Shown: positions 34,380 to 43,452 of the stretch, piece after piece
Layout: the number at the start of each line of letters is the position of its first letter
Position numbering within the stretch: position 1 is the first letter of the stretch
Assembly: GCA_964564435.1 (NCBI GenBank)
Contig: CAZMAT010000004.1
Coordinates: forward strand, 8,928-72,927
DNA: 64,000 nt
Direction: 5' to 3'
Source: an uncultured bacterium
Lineage (GTDB): Bacteria > Fermentibacterota > Fermentibacteria > Fermentibacterales > Fermentibacteraceae
Program-made: the position numbers and the translations under genes
Notes under the pieces: model-generated
The model's input: only the letters and a program-made list of their open reading frames with translations
Databases searched by the model: none
What the model was told of the DNA's origin: nothing

Positions 34380-35525
34380 ATGCCTGACATGGAGTTGCCT
34401 GCACAGCCAGTGTTCCCGGAGGGGATGGCGCGTTCGGCCTGGGAGCCCTTCCGCGATGCCGGCCACGGCGGGCGGGTGACAGTCGTCATGAACGACGCCA
34501 CGAGGCCCGCCGTCGCGCACACCCTCCTGGAGCCCGTGGCGGGCGATCTCGAGGGGCGCGTGAGGATCATGGTCGCCACCGGAACCCACGAGGACGTTCC
34601 CGGGCCGGTGAAGGACAGGCTCCTCGGAGGCCTGTTCGCCTGTGCGGACTGGACGTGCAACGACCGCGGCGGAGGGGAGAGGGTGCGCCTGGGGAAAACA
34701 TCTTCAGGAACCGAGGTGAGTGTGCATCCCTGGCTCGTGGAGTCGGATACGGTCATCCTCGCCGGCTCGGTCGAGCCGCACTACTTCGCGGGCTTCACCG
34801 GGGGCCGGAAGGCCGTTCTGCCAGGGTGCGCGTCCTTCGAGTCCATAGAGGCGAACCATTCCCTCGCCTGTCTGGATGGGTCCGCCCCTGCCGTGCTGGA
34901 GGGCAATCCTGTGCACGAGGACATGGCGGAGGCCGCGGGGATGCTGGAGAGACGCGTGCCCGTGGTCATGGCCGGCGCGGTCGTCCTCGGGAACCGGGGC
35001 CTGCACGTAGCGGTCGGAAGCCTTGCGGAGGCCTTCGCCTCGTGCGTCGGGTCGGCCCGCGATCATCTCTGTGTGGAGATGGAGCGCCCCGTGTCGAGGC
35101 TCGTGCTGAAACCCGGGGGAGGTCTCGAGACTAACCTCTACCAGTCGATGAAGGCGGTCTACAACTTCGAGGCGGCCGTCGCCGAGGGCGGGGCCGTCCT
35201 GCTCGACAGCGACTGCCCCGGGGGGCTCGGCGCCGCGCACATGGAGGATGTCCTGAAGGCATCGATGGAGCCGGGCGTCATCGAGGGGGCTGGAAAGCAG
35301 TATTTCCTGGGCTGGCATTCCGTGTCCAGGCTGGCGAGGATCAGGCGCAGGGCTTCACTCGCACTGAGGTCCGGCCTGGATCCTGCTCTCGTCAGGAGCC
35401 TGGGGTTCGAGCCCGTCAGGGATGCCGTGGAATGGGCCGGAGGACGTGCAGTTCTGGTTCCCGACGCCGGGAGCACTGCGCCGGTCCTCCACCGCCCGGG
35501 TGCGTCCGGAGCGGATGGAGGATGA
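34380..35525 (+). CDS. LarA-family (lactate racemase N-terminal domain, DUF2088) protein
   Basis: The motif VEPHYFAGFTGGRKAVLPG and conserved His residues are present. ATG 34380 lies 9 nt after a TATAAT box at 34366-34371, suggesting a leaderless or short-leader transcript. The upstream in-frame region of the 34206 ORF overlaps the convergent gene and looks non-coding. Confidence 0.7.
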   Translation: MPDMELPAQPVFPEGMARSAWEPFRDAGHGGRVTVVMNDATRPAVAHTLLEPVAGDLEGRVRIMVATGTHEDVPGPVKDRLLGGLFACADWTCNDRGGGERVRLGKTSSGTEVSVHPWLVESDTVILAGSVEPHYFAGFTGGRKAVLPGCASFESIEANHSLACLDGSAPAVLEGNPVHEDMAEAAGMLERRVPVVMAGAVVLGNRGLHVAVGSLAEAFASCVGSARDHLCVEMERPVSRLVLKPGGGLETNLYQSMKAVYNFEAAVAEGGAVLLDSDCPGGLGAAHMEDVLKASMEPGVIEGAGKQYFLGWHSVSRLARIRRRASLALRSGLDPALVRSLGFEPVRDAVEWAGGRAVLVPDAGSTAPVLHRPGASGADGG

Positions 35526-35529
35526 CTGA

Positions 35530-36927
35530 ATGAGGGTTTCCAGCTACCGCCTCGTCATCCTGGTGCTGGCCGGGGTGCTGGCCTACCTTTTCCTCATCTA
35601 CAGCCACGACCTGGTGAGCCGGCTCGAGGAGACCAACCGCCTCGCCAACGAGACGATCGCCAGGTTCTGGGCGGGCACTCAGATCCCCCTCTCCCTCATA
35701 ATGGAGGAGAGGCGGATCTCGGTCTGCTCGAACTGCGGAGACGCCGTCGGAAGCTCGGCGGAGACCGACGGGTACAGGAGCTTCTGCAAGACCTGCGGCG
35801 AGGTGACCTGGCACAACGTCGTCGACAGGTGGACCGAGGACGAGCGGGAGAGGATCCTCTCCCACACTCGGCTGCTGTTCAGGGATCTGGTCGGCAGGCT
35901 CGGGTACACCACCATCCTCGCCGATCTGAACAGCGTACCCCAGATCGTGAACGGCGAGCCGCTCCCCGACTCCATTTCGGAAGACGACCTCGTGGCCTGG
36001 CACGAGGTGATGCACAAGCTGAGCGAGTTCAACCCGCCGATCCCCGTCGTCACGATGGAGTCGGACACGATCGGGTGGCTCTTCTACGGAGTCGACAACC
36101 TCAGCAGGGAGCTCACCGTGGTGCCTTTCGTCGAACTGGGGATGCTGTTCCTCCTCGGGGGGCTCCTCCTGCTGGTGATCCGTATCGAGCTGCGCAGGGA
36201 GAAGGAGATGTCCTGGGTGGGTTTCGCCAAGGAGACGGCGCATCAGCTCAGCACGCCCATCTCCTCCCTGATGGGCTGGGTGGAGATCCTCAGGCAGAGG
36301 AACGGGATCGAGGGGCCGGAGGATCCCGAGATCCTGGAGGCGGCGGTCTCGATGGAGGCCGACATCGCCAGGCTGAACCAGATCGTGCAGCGATACGGGG
36401 AGATGGGCAAGAAGCCCCGGCTGGCACCGGCAGATATCAACTCCGAGATCGTCTCGGCCATGGACTATTTCAGGAACCGTCCGGGCCTCGTGTTCGAGGG
36501 GGTGTCCTTCGAGACATCCCTGGAGGCGACCCGCAGAGTGATGCTCAACCGTGTCCTGTTCGGATGGGTGCTGGAGAACCTCGTCAAGAACTCCCTCAGC
36601 GCCCTCTCGGACACTCCGTCGGGCGTCGTTTCGATCAGCACCGCCGACAAGCTCGAGAAGGGCGGCATGGTCGAGGTGCAGGTAACCGACAACGGCCGCG
36701 GGATATCCCACGGGGACCATGGCAGGATCTTCCAGCCGGGCTTCACCACGCGGCGCGGCGGATGGGGGCTGGGGCTCACCCTCTCACGAAGGATAATCCA
36801 GGAGTACCATTCCGGGAGCCTCAGGCTGGTAGCGAGCAGTCCCGGCAAGGGGAGCACGTTCTCGATCATGCTCCCGGCGGTGGAGGAGGCGGGCGATGCA
36901 GGGGCGGACGACGATACTGTGGGTTGA
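35530..36927 (+). CDS. membrane sensor histidine kinase (N-terminal TM, periplasmic-side CxxC...CxxC zinc ribbon, second TM, HisKA + HATPase_c)
   Basis: Motifs are CSNCGD...CKTCGE, the H-box AHQLSTPISSL, and LVKNSL, DNGRGI and GGWGLGL. Confidence 0.85.
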   Translation: MRVSSYRLVILVLAGVLAYLFLIYSHDLVSRLEETNRLANETIARFWAGTQIPLSLIMEERRISVCSNCGDAVGSSAETDGYRSFCKTCGEVTWHNVVDRWTEDERERILSHTRLLFRDLVGRLGYTTILADLNSVPQIVNGEPLPDSISEDDLVAWHEVMHKLSEFNPPIPVVTMESDTIGWLFYGVDNLSRELTVVPFVELGMLFLLGGLLLLVIRIELRREKEMSWVGFAKETAHQLSTPISSLMGWVEILRQRNGIEGPEDPEILEAAVSMEADIARLNQIVQRYGEMGKKPRLAPADINSEIVSAMDYFRNRPGLVFEGVSFETSLEATRRVMLNRVLFGWVLENLVKNSLSALSDTPSGVVSISTADKLEKGGMVEVQVTDNGRGISHGDHGRIFQPGFTTRRGGWGLGLTLSRRIIQEYHSGSLRLVASSPGKGSTFSIMLPAVEEAGDAGADDDTVG

Positions 36928-38461
36928 TGACGAGATAGACCACCTCCAGAGCCACGTCAGATTCCTCGAGAAGCTCGGGTACAGGGTCCTGACCGCCATG
37001 AACGCCCTGTCGGCGATCGACATGCTCCGGACCGAGAGGGTCGACCTCGTCCTCATGGATCAGATGATGGTGGGGATGGACGGCCTCGAGGCCGTCGCCA
37101 GGATAAGGGCCGACTACCACGGCCTCCCCATCGTCATGGTGACCCAGAGCGAGGAGGAGGAGCTGATGGACAAGGCCCTGGGCGGGGAGGCGGACGACTA
37201 TCTCACCAAGCCTGTGAACCCCAGCCAGATACAGATCGTAATCAAGCGGCTCCTCAAGTCCACCGAACTCAGGACCAGGCAGGCGGCCGAGATCGTGTGG
37301 GGAGAGACTTCGAGGATACTCGAGATGCGTGGTTCGGACATGGCCTGGGAGGACTGGGCGGCAGTCTACCGCATATGGGCCGTGAGGGACGTCAGCCTCG
37401 GGGGGCAGCTCAGCGAGGAGCTCAGGAGCATCCAGAGAGTCAGGTTCGAGGACCTCGCGATGGATTTCTCGCGATTCATCGAGCGCAACTTCCCGGACTG
37501 GATCCAGGGCAGGAACACGCCCCTCATGCCCCACAACCTGCTCGAACGGGTGGTCGTGCCCTGCATGAAGAACTCCCGCGAGACCGTCCTCATCGTCATG
37601 GACTGCATGCGCTTCGACCAGTGGCTGACCATGACCCCGTCCCTCGAGCAGTTCTTCCACATGGACACGAGCTTCATGTGCACATGCCTGCCCTCGGCGA
37701 CCCCGTACAGCAGGAACTCGCTCTTCGCTGGGCTCCTGCCGAGGGACATATGGCGCTTCTACAGGTCCGACTGGATAGAGGAGTACGGCGTGCCGGGCCT
37801 GAACAGGTCCGAGCACGCCTTCCTCCGCGACGCCCTCAGGCGCCTGGGGGGCTTCGAGAGGCCGGAAGGCGTCGGCTATGTGAAGATATCGAACCAGAGG
37901 GAGGGGGAGTCGCTCAAGCGCTCGCTCTCCCAGCATCTCGAAGGCGGATTCCTGGCCATCATCATCAACTACCTCGACCACCTGACCCACGGCAGGTCCG
38001 AGCTGGACGTGCTGAGGGACCTGGCGCCCGATGTGGCGAGCTTCCGCAAGCTCGCGTCGACATGGTACGAATCCTCGTACCTGAAGGACCTCCTGCGAAC
38101 GCTCGCCGCCCGCGGGGCCACCGTGATCGTCACGAGCGACCACGGATCGGTGCTGTGCAGGAGACAGACGCCGATCAGGGGCGCCAGGGGGATGTCGAGC
38201 AGCATCAGATACCGGCTGGGCCACGCCCTCAACGCCGACCCCAAGGCATCCGTGACTGTGCGCGAGCCCGCACGGTGGGGGCTGCCCGACGACAGCCCCA
38301 GCAAGACATACGTCTTCGCCAGGGCCGACTATCTCCTGGTGCATCCCGGCATGGCGCGCGAAGAGGTCTACAAGTTCGAGGACACCTTCCAGCATGGCGG
38401 CATCTCGATCGAGGAGATGGTCGTGCCCTGCACCGTGCTCACTCCCAAGAAGGGCTTCTAG
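36896..38461 (+). CDS. response regulator with receiver domain fused to a PglZ (alkaline-phosphatase-superfamily) domain
   Basis: It overlaps the kinase gene. The receiver reads ILWVDDE...D...LVLMDQMMVGMDG...TKP. The C-terminal ~380 aa carry TVLIVMDCMRFDQW...TPYSRNSLFAGLLP...IINYLDHLTHG...TSDHG motifs typical of PglZ. Confidence 0.8.
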   Translation: MQGRTTILWVDDEIDHLQSHVRFLEKLGYRVLTAMNALSAIDMLRTERVDLVLMDQMMVGMDGLEAVARIRADYHGLPIVMVTQSEEEELMDKALGGEADDYLTKPVNPSQIQIVIKRLLKSTELRTRQAAEIVWGETSRILEMRGSDMAWEDWAAVYRIWAVRDVSLGGQLSEELRSIQRVRFEDLAMDFSRFIERNFPDWIQGRNTPLMPHNLLERVVVPCMKNSRETVLIVMDCMRFDQWLTMTPSLEQFFHMDTSFMCTCLPSATPYSRNSLFAGLLPRDIWRFYRSDWIEEYGVPGLNRSEHAFLRDALRRLGGFERPEGVGYVKISNQREGESLKRSLSQHLEGGFLAIIINYLDHLTHGRSELDVLRDLAPDVASFRKLASTWYESSYLKDLLRTLAARGATVIVTSDHGSVLCRRQTPIRGARGMSSSIRYRLGHALNADPKASVTVREPARWGLPDDSPSKTYVFARADYLLVHPGMAREEVYKFEDTFQHGGISIEEMVVPCTVLTPKKGF

Positions 38462-38464
38462 CAG

Positions 38465-38935
38465 GTGCTGCTCGATCTCGGGGGCCTCGAGGAGCTGGCG
38501 CGGAGAACCGCCGGGATGGTCCGTCCCGGCGATACCGTGCTTTTGGTGGGCGATCTGGGGGCGGGGAAGTCGGTCTTCGCGAGGGCGCTGCTCAGGGAGC
38601 TGGGAGTGGAGGGCGACATCCCCTCGCCCAGCTTCATCGTGGACGCGGAGTACTCCTCCCGCGGCCTCTCGATCCACCACGTGGATCTCTACAGGCTCGG
38701 CGGGAGCGCCGGGGAGCTGGAGGCATTCGGCATACTGGACCTCCTGGCTTCGGATTCCGTAGCCGTCGTGGAGTGGGCCGACAGGCTGCCCGAAGGGGCC
38801 GCCTGCTCGGGTTTCAGGGTGGTCCTGGGTTTCACCGGTGATCCGCACGTGAGGGAGGTCGGGTTTGAGCGGTTCGGTCTGGCTGGGGATCGACACGACC
38901 CAGAGGCCGGGTTCCGTGGCACTCCTGGAGGATGA
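38465..38935 (+). CDS. tsaE: tRNA threonylcarbamoyladenosine biosynthesis ATPase TsaE (YjeE); 3' end uncertain, overlaps tsaB
   Basis: It has the P-loop GDLGAGKS, plus FIVDAEYSS and HVDLYRL. Confidence 0.7.
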   Translation: MLLDLGGLEELARRTAGMVRPGDTVLLVGDLGAGKSVFARALLRELGVEGDIPSPSFIVDAEYSSRGLSIHHVDLYRLGGSAGELEAFGILDLLASDSVAVVEWADRLPEGAACSGFRVVLGFTGDPHVREVGFERFGLAGDRHDPEAGFRGTPGG

Positions 38936-39527
38936 CGGGAGAACCGTCCAGATCGATCTCCGGGATGACCTGTCCACGTCCGAGTCCCTGCTTCCTGCGA
39001 TTCTCGATCTGCTGGAGAAGGCCGGCATAGAAGGGAGCGGGCTCTCGGGCATAGGCGCCTGCCTCGGACCGGGGTCCTACACCGGCCTGCGGATATGCGC
39101 CGCGACGGCCTCCGGGCTTTCATCCGGCTGGGGGGTGCCCGCGAAGGGCGTGCCAGTGCTGCGCGCCATCGCCTGCTCCTCCGGGTCGGACGCCCCTGTC
39201 CTGGCCGTCGTGAGGGCGAGGGAGGGCGAAGTGTTCGCTGCCGCCTTCGGATCCGGCGATCCCTTCTCGCTGGAGCTGCTGCCTCAGGGGGTCTATACCT
39301 GCGAGGCCGCCGCGGCCTGGCTCGATGCCCGCCCGGGCTCGGCCTGCGAGGGCCCCGGAGCCCCGATGATCCGCCCCGGGATCGATCCCTCGCGCTGCCT
39401 GGCACCTGGCGCGTCGGTCACGGCCCGGCTGGCCGCGGCGTACTGCGCCGCCTCGGGCCCGGACAGGTCCCTGAGGCCTCTCTATCTGAGGAGCTTCAGA
39501 CAGAAGGCGGCGACCGGTGTATCCTGA
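38865..39527 (+). CDS. tsaB: tRNA threonylcarbamoyladenosine biosynthesis protein TsaB (YeaZ)
   Basis: Motifs are WLGIDTT, GPGSYTGLRI and a C-terminal ...PLYLR. The start is TTG. Confidence 0.75.
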   Translation: MSGSVWLGIDTTQRPGSVALLEDDGRTVQIDLRDDLSTSESLLPAILDLLEKAGIEGSGLSGIGACLGPGSYTGLRICAATASGLSSGWGVPAKGVPVLRAIACSSGSDAPVLAVVRAREGEVFAAAFGSGDPFSLELLPQGVYTCEAAAAWLDARPGSACEGPGAPMIRPGIDPSRCLAPGASVTARLAAAYCAASGPDRSLRPLYLRSFRQKAATGVS

Positions 39528-40755
39528 GACGAGGCGCGGACGCCCCGGCGATGCCGCTGCGATTGCGAAGATAGAACGCGCATCCTTCCCGGATCCCTGG
39601 CCGCCCGACGTTTTCGAGGAGTGCCTCGAGCCCTGGTCGGGCATCTCCACCTGGATCGCGGCGGACGCCGGCAGGATAGTCGGATACGTCTGCGCCGCGA
39701 TCCCCTCTCCCGGAGTCCTTCACATCGCGAACCTCTGCGTCACACGGTCCGCGAGGCGGATGGGCGTCGGCAGGCTCCTGCTCGAGACCGCCGAGGACTG
39801 GGGGACGGCCTCGGGCTGCAGGGCCTGCTTCCTCGAAGTCAGGTGCACCAACAGGGCGGCAGTAGGTCTCTATATCCGGAAAGGCTATGCGCCATGCGGG
39901 CATCTGCCCGAGTATTACGGTCCCAGAAGGCACGGGCTGCGCCTCGTGAGGGGGCTCGAGGCCCTGGATCCCGGGAAGGCGGCGCTGGCCGCAGCCCTGG
40001 CCGGCCGGCTGGGAGCAGCCCCGCCGGTCGGGATCGTGCTTGGTTCGGGCCTCTCGTGGGTAGCCGGCCTCTTCGGGGAAGGAGAGACGATCTCCTGGGA
40101 GGACCTGCCCGGCATGTCGGGTGACGCCCTGCCCGGGCACCCGGGCCGGATCGTGACCAGCTCATGCGGCAGGTTCGTGTTCCTCCTCGGCAGGAGGCAT
40201 CACTATCAGGGCTTTTCCGGGAACGGGATCGCGATGCTGCCTGAAGCGCTGACGAACCTGGGGGTCTCGACCTGGATCCTCACCAGCTCGGCCGGGGCGG
40301 TATCTCGGAACCTCGCCGTGGGTGACGCCGTGGTTTTCCGCGACCACGTGAACCTCTCGGGATGCGTGCCGGATGTGCGTTCGCGCATACCGTCACCGCT
40401 GTACTCGAAGCCGCTCAGGAGTATCGCAGCCGAAGCGGCGGGGCGCACCGGGGCGCGCGTGTCCGAAGGGCTCTTCGCCTGCGTCTCGGGTCCTGCGTAC
40501 GAGACGGTCGCCGAACTCGACCTGCTGCGTCGGATGGGGGTCGACGCCGTGTCCATGTCCACGGCGCCCGAGGCGCTGGCGCTGGCCGCCCGCGGATGCG
40601 ATGTTCTCGGCCTCGCTTTCGTTACGAACACCTGCGGGCCGGGCGAGGAGGTCACCCACCAGGCCGTCCTGGATGCGCAGGGAACCATACGATCGAGCCT
40701 CGGGCCCTTCCTCGAGGCTCTTCTCGGGGGGGCCGCCGCACATGCGCTACGCTGA
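39517..40755 (+). CDS. fusion of RimI-type GNAT acetyltransferase (N-terminus) and PunA/XapA-type purine nucleoside phosphorylase (C-terminus)
   Basis: Residues ~1-150 read HIANLCVTRSARRMGVGRLLL...YIRKGY, a GNAT fold in the tsaB-rimI context. Residues ~160-412 read IVLGSGL...GRFVFLLGRRHHYQG...SMSTAPEA, the PNP family 1 pattern. Confidence 0.8.
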   Translation: MYPETRRGRPGDAAAIAKIERASFPDPWPPDVFEECLEPWSGISTWIAADAGRIVGYVCAAIPSPGVLHIANLCVTRSARRMGVGRLLLETAEDWGTASGCRACFLEVRCTNRAAVGLYIRKGYAPCGHLPEYYGPRRHGLRLVRGLEALDPGKAALAAALAGRLGAAPPVGIVLGSGLSWVAGLFGEGETISWEDLPGMSGDALPGHPGRIVTSSCGRFVFLLGRRHHYQGFSGNGIAMLPEALTNLGVSTWILTSSAGAVSRNLAVGDAVVFRDHVNLSGCVPDVRSRIPSPLYSKPLRSIAAEAAGRTGARVSEGLFACVSGPAYETVAELDLLRRMGVDAVSMSTAPEALALAARGCDVLGLAFVTNTCGPGEEVTHQAVLDAQGTIRSSLGPFLEALLGGAAAHALR

Positions 40756-42004
40756 AGCTCTCGAATACCTTTTCGGCCGCCGCAGGCTGGGGATGAAGTA
40801 CGGGCTTCCCCGCATGAAGGCCCTGATGCGCGATCTGGGATCCCCTCAGGACGCATTCCGCACCATCCACGTAGTCGGGACCAACGGGAAGGGCAGCACC
40901 ACCGCCCTCCTGGCGGAGACGGCCAGGCTGCTGGGATTCCGCACCGGGCGCAACACTTCTCCCCACCTCCTGGATTTCCGCGAGAGGATCGCGGTGGATG
41001 CGGCGTGGATACCGCCCGATTCCGTGACCGAGTTCATACGCGACAAGCGGGGACTCATAGAGAGGCACGAAGCCACATTCTTCGAGATAACCACGGCGAT
41101 GGCGGCCTGGCACTTCGCGAGGACAGGCGTGGAGTGGGCGATCGTGGAGGCCGGACTCGGAGGGCGGCTCGACGCCACGAGGACTTTCGGCGGCAGGTGC
41201 ACCGTCTTCACCGGCGTGGACATAGAGCACCGGAGGATACTCGGCCCGACGAGGTCCGCCATAGCAGGCGAGAAGCTCGCAATCGCCCCCCGTGGCACCG
41301 TGCTGGTCTGCCACAGGCAGCACGGGCCGGTCGAGCGGATGGTTCGCGATGCCGTGACAGCCCGCGGCCTGGACAGGATAGTGCCGTCACCGACCTCCCT
41401 TGCGCCTCTTCCCGGCGGGCATCAGCTCTCGAACGCGGCTCTTGCCCTCGCGGCGGCCGGGGCGGCGTTCGGCAGGCCCGCAGGGGAGGTGGCGGATGCC
41501 TTCGCCCGGGCATGCCGGACCCTGAGATGGCCGGGCAGGCTCGACCTTCGCAGAGGGAAGCCGGACGTGCTCTTCGACGTCTCCCACAATCCCCAGTCCG
41601 TTTCCAGGCTCTGCGAACACCTGTCCGCACTCGGCCGCCGGTCAGCCGGGGTGGTGGGCTTCCTGGCCGACAAGCCGTGGAGGCGGATGGCATCGATGCT
41701 GAGCGGGTACGTCGACCCTGTGGTATCCACCACCCCGCTTTCGGACAGGCTGCTCCCGGCCGGCCGGCTCGACGCGGAGTTCAGGCGGCTGGGCTTCGAC
41801 TCGAGGCCGGTGGATCCGGTGGAGGCCGCGGTGGCCGCGGGGAGGGGGCTGGCTCCCGATCTCCTCGTCGTGGCCGGATCCTTTTATGTTGTAGGAGACG
41901 CGATGCTTTCCGCCTGGCGGAACGGCTGGACCGAGGGGCCGTCGGGCGAGGAGAGCCAGATCCTCGACACCCCTCCGGACGCTGTCGCCGCGGGACTGCA
42001 CTAG
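40742..42004 (+). CDS. folC: dihydrofolate synthase / folylpolyglutamate synthase
   Basis: ATG 40742 overlaps the previous gene. Motifs are HVVGTNGKGST and VEAGLGGRLDAT. Confidence 0.85.
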   Translation: MRYAEALEYLFGRRRLGMKYGLPRMKALMRDLGSPQDAFRTIHVVGTNGKGSTTALLAETARLLGFRTGRNTSPHLLDFRERIAVDAAWIPPDSVTEFIRDKRGLIERHEATFFEITTAMAAWHFARTGVEWAIVEAGLGGRLDATRTFGGRCTVFTGVDIEHRRILGPTRSAIAGEKLAIAPRGTVLVCHRQHGPVERMVRDAVTARGLDRIVPSPTSLAPLPGGHQLSNAALALAAAGAAFGRPAGEVADAFARACRTLRWPGRLDLRRGKPDVLFDVSHNPQSVSRLCEHLSALGRRSAGVVGFLADKPWRRMASMLSGYVDPVVSTTPLSDRLLPAGRLDAEFRRLGFDSRPVDPVEAAVAAGRGLAPDLLVVAGSFYVVGDAMLSAWRNGWTEGPSGEESQILDTPPDAVAAGLH

Positions 42005-42016
42005 GAAGGAACTGAC

Positions 42017-42244
42017 ATGGCCGCTACCGAGACTGCAGAGACGAAGAAGCCCAGGACAGGCGCCGCTCCGGCCGACCTCGAGCGGAATCCCTTCAGGATG
42101 CGCAACTACATCCTGTTCGCGGCGGGGCTCGCGATCATCGTGGGCGGGTGGTTTCTCCTCCGGGCCGGCAACATAACGCTCGCGCCCATCATGCTGGTGC
42201 TGGGCTACTGCGCCGTTCTCCCTCTCGCGATCGTCCTGAAGTAG
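42017..42244 (+). CDS. small membrane protein (75 aa, two TM helices)
   Basis: It is tightly packed between folC and the lipoprotein gene. It has two hydrophobic segments. Confidence 0.45.
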   Translation: MAATETAETKKPRTGAAPADLERNPFRMRNYILFAAGLAIIVGGWFLLRAGNITLAPIMLVLGYCAVLPLAIVLK

Positions 42245-42245
42245 G

Positions 42246-43004
42246 ATGAAGCCCCCGGCTCCGCTCTGCGCGGTTGCGGCCGCACTCGCACTGCTGGCTG
42301 TCCTGCAGTCGGCGGGCTGCGGCGGCGGCACGGCCGCCGGGCCGGCGGGTTCCGATCCGGTCGAGTCCGACACCGTCTTCATACAGCTCGAGGGCGGCGA
42401 GTTCGTCACTTCCGCTGGCGATACCGTGCTGATCCAGCCCTTCGAGCTGATGGAGACCGAGGTGTCGAACCGCCTCTATGTCTGGCTCACGGACGAGGCA
42501 GACCTCGATCTTCCGCCCGACCCCGGGTTCCCGGCGATGGAGCACTACCTGACCGCCATGCCGGACTATCCCGTGGTCAACGTCTCCGCCCTGGAGGCGG
42601 AACAGGCGTGCGCCGTGCTCGGAGGCAGGCTCCCGACTCCGGCGGAGATGGAGTACGCTGCGTCCATCGGCCTTTCCGGGCCGTCGGCGGGGCTCTTCCC
42701 GTGGGGGACGCTTGATCCGGAGGATGCGGAGTTCCCCGCCAACTACCTCGCATCCGACGACTGGGACCTGAGGAACCAGGACGGCTACCTCTTCACCGCG
42801 CCGGTGGGTTCGTTCCCGCGGAACCCGGCCGGCCTGGCGGACCTCGCCGGCAACGTGGCGGAGCTCACCAGGCCATCCGACAGCACGAGCGCGGTTTTCG
42901 GCGGTTCGTGGCTCTCTCCGTCGGACGACCTGAGGATCGGTGCCTGGTCGACCGTCTACGAGGGCGACAGGGCCCGCCACATCGGCTTCCGCATCGCCCG
43001 CTAA
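42246..43004 (+). CDS. formylglycine-generating-enzyme (SUMF1/FGE) domain lipoprotein
   Basis: Lipobox LLAVLQSAGC. Motifs are ETEVSNRLYVWL, NVAELT and FGGSW...RIGF, the FGE-sulfatase fold. Confidence 0.75.
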   Translation: MKPPAPLCAVAAALALLAVLQSAGCGGGTAAGPAGSDPVESDTVFIQLEGGEFVTSAGDTVLIQPFELMETEVSNRLYVWLTDEADLDLPPDPGFPAMEHYLTAMPDYPVVNVSALEAEQACAVLGGRLPTPAEMEYAASIGLSGPSAGLFPWGTLDPEDAEFPANYLASDDWDLRNQDGYLFTAPVGSFPRNPAGLADLAGNVAELTRPSDSTSAVFGGSWLSPSDDLRIGAWSTVYEGDRARHIGFRIAR

Positions 43005-43005
43005 A

Positions 43006-43054
43006 CCCCCGGCCCCTTTCCCGGCCCCTTTCTGGTTTGATATGCTTGACTTGC
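43006..43054 (+). promoter_or_regulatory. conserved intergenic element, copy 1 (cccccggcccctttc[ccggcccctttc]tggtttgaTatgcTTGACTtgca); second copy at 52491-52529
   Basis: A near-identical ~38-nt core is seen twice in the window, each time immediately after a stop codon and followed by AT-rich DNA. It contains a TTGACT -35-like hexamer. Confidence 0.4.
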
Positions 43055-43175
43055 ATTTTCGCTGCGTTGTCTCATCACCACAAATACGATAGTACTGTAA
43101 ATATCATCGCATTCCGGCCGTCCCCGGGGTGTCCGGGGAACCAGCCGGAGCCGGCAGGAATGTGCACTGCGACCT

Positions 43176-43451
43176 TCCTCTGCCCCCCGGACGTGTTTCA
43201 TCGGGATAATGGCGGGCATCTGTCAGGCCAGCTTGTTCCTGCGGACGTCTGAGGAGGTGCGCTCCGGGCCCTCTCGCGGTTCGCCAAGCCTCTTTGACCG
43301 GATCGGTGGCGAACCACTGCCGGGCCAGCTTGTTCCTGCGGACGTCTGAGGAGGTGCGCTCCGGCCTTCTCGCTGCCCGCCAGACGTGTTTCATCGGGAT
43401 AATGGCGGGCATCTGTCAGGCCAGCTTGTTCCTGCGGACGCAGGAACAAGC
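43176..43451. repeat. degenerate ~92-bp repeat array (2 full copies plus a partial; core ccagcttgttcctgcggacg x3) ending in a perfect 12-bp-stem hairpin abutting the tRNA-Val 3' end
   Basis: acgtgtttcatcgggataatggcgggcatctgtcagg lies at 43191 and 43383. ccagcttgttcctgcggacgtctgaggaggtgcgctccgg lies at 43228 and 43325. The hairpin gcttgttcctgc-ggac-gcaggaacaagc lies at 43424-43451. Confidence 0.7.
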
Positions 43452-43452
43452 G

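Noticed and set aside
36866-39052. 728-aa minus-strand ORF opposite the REC-PglZ and tsaE genes
   Set aside because: Antisense artefact with no start signal and no domain motifs.
43001-43449. Three short minus-strand ORFs with repeated peptides (PAIIPMKHV..., LLRRPQEQAGLTDARHYPDETR...)
   Set aside because: The peptide repeats mirror the DNA repeat array. There is no RBS and the context is non-coding, so I treat the region as a repeat or regulatory zone.
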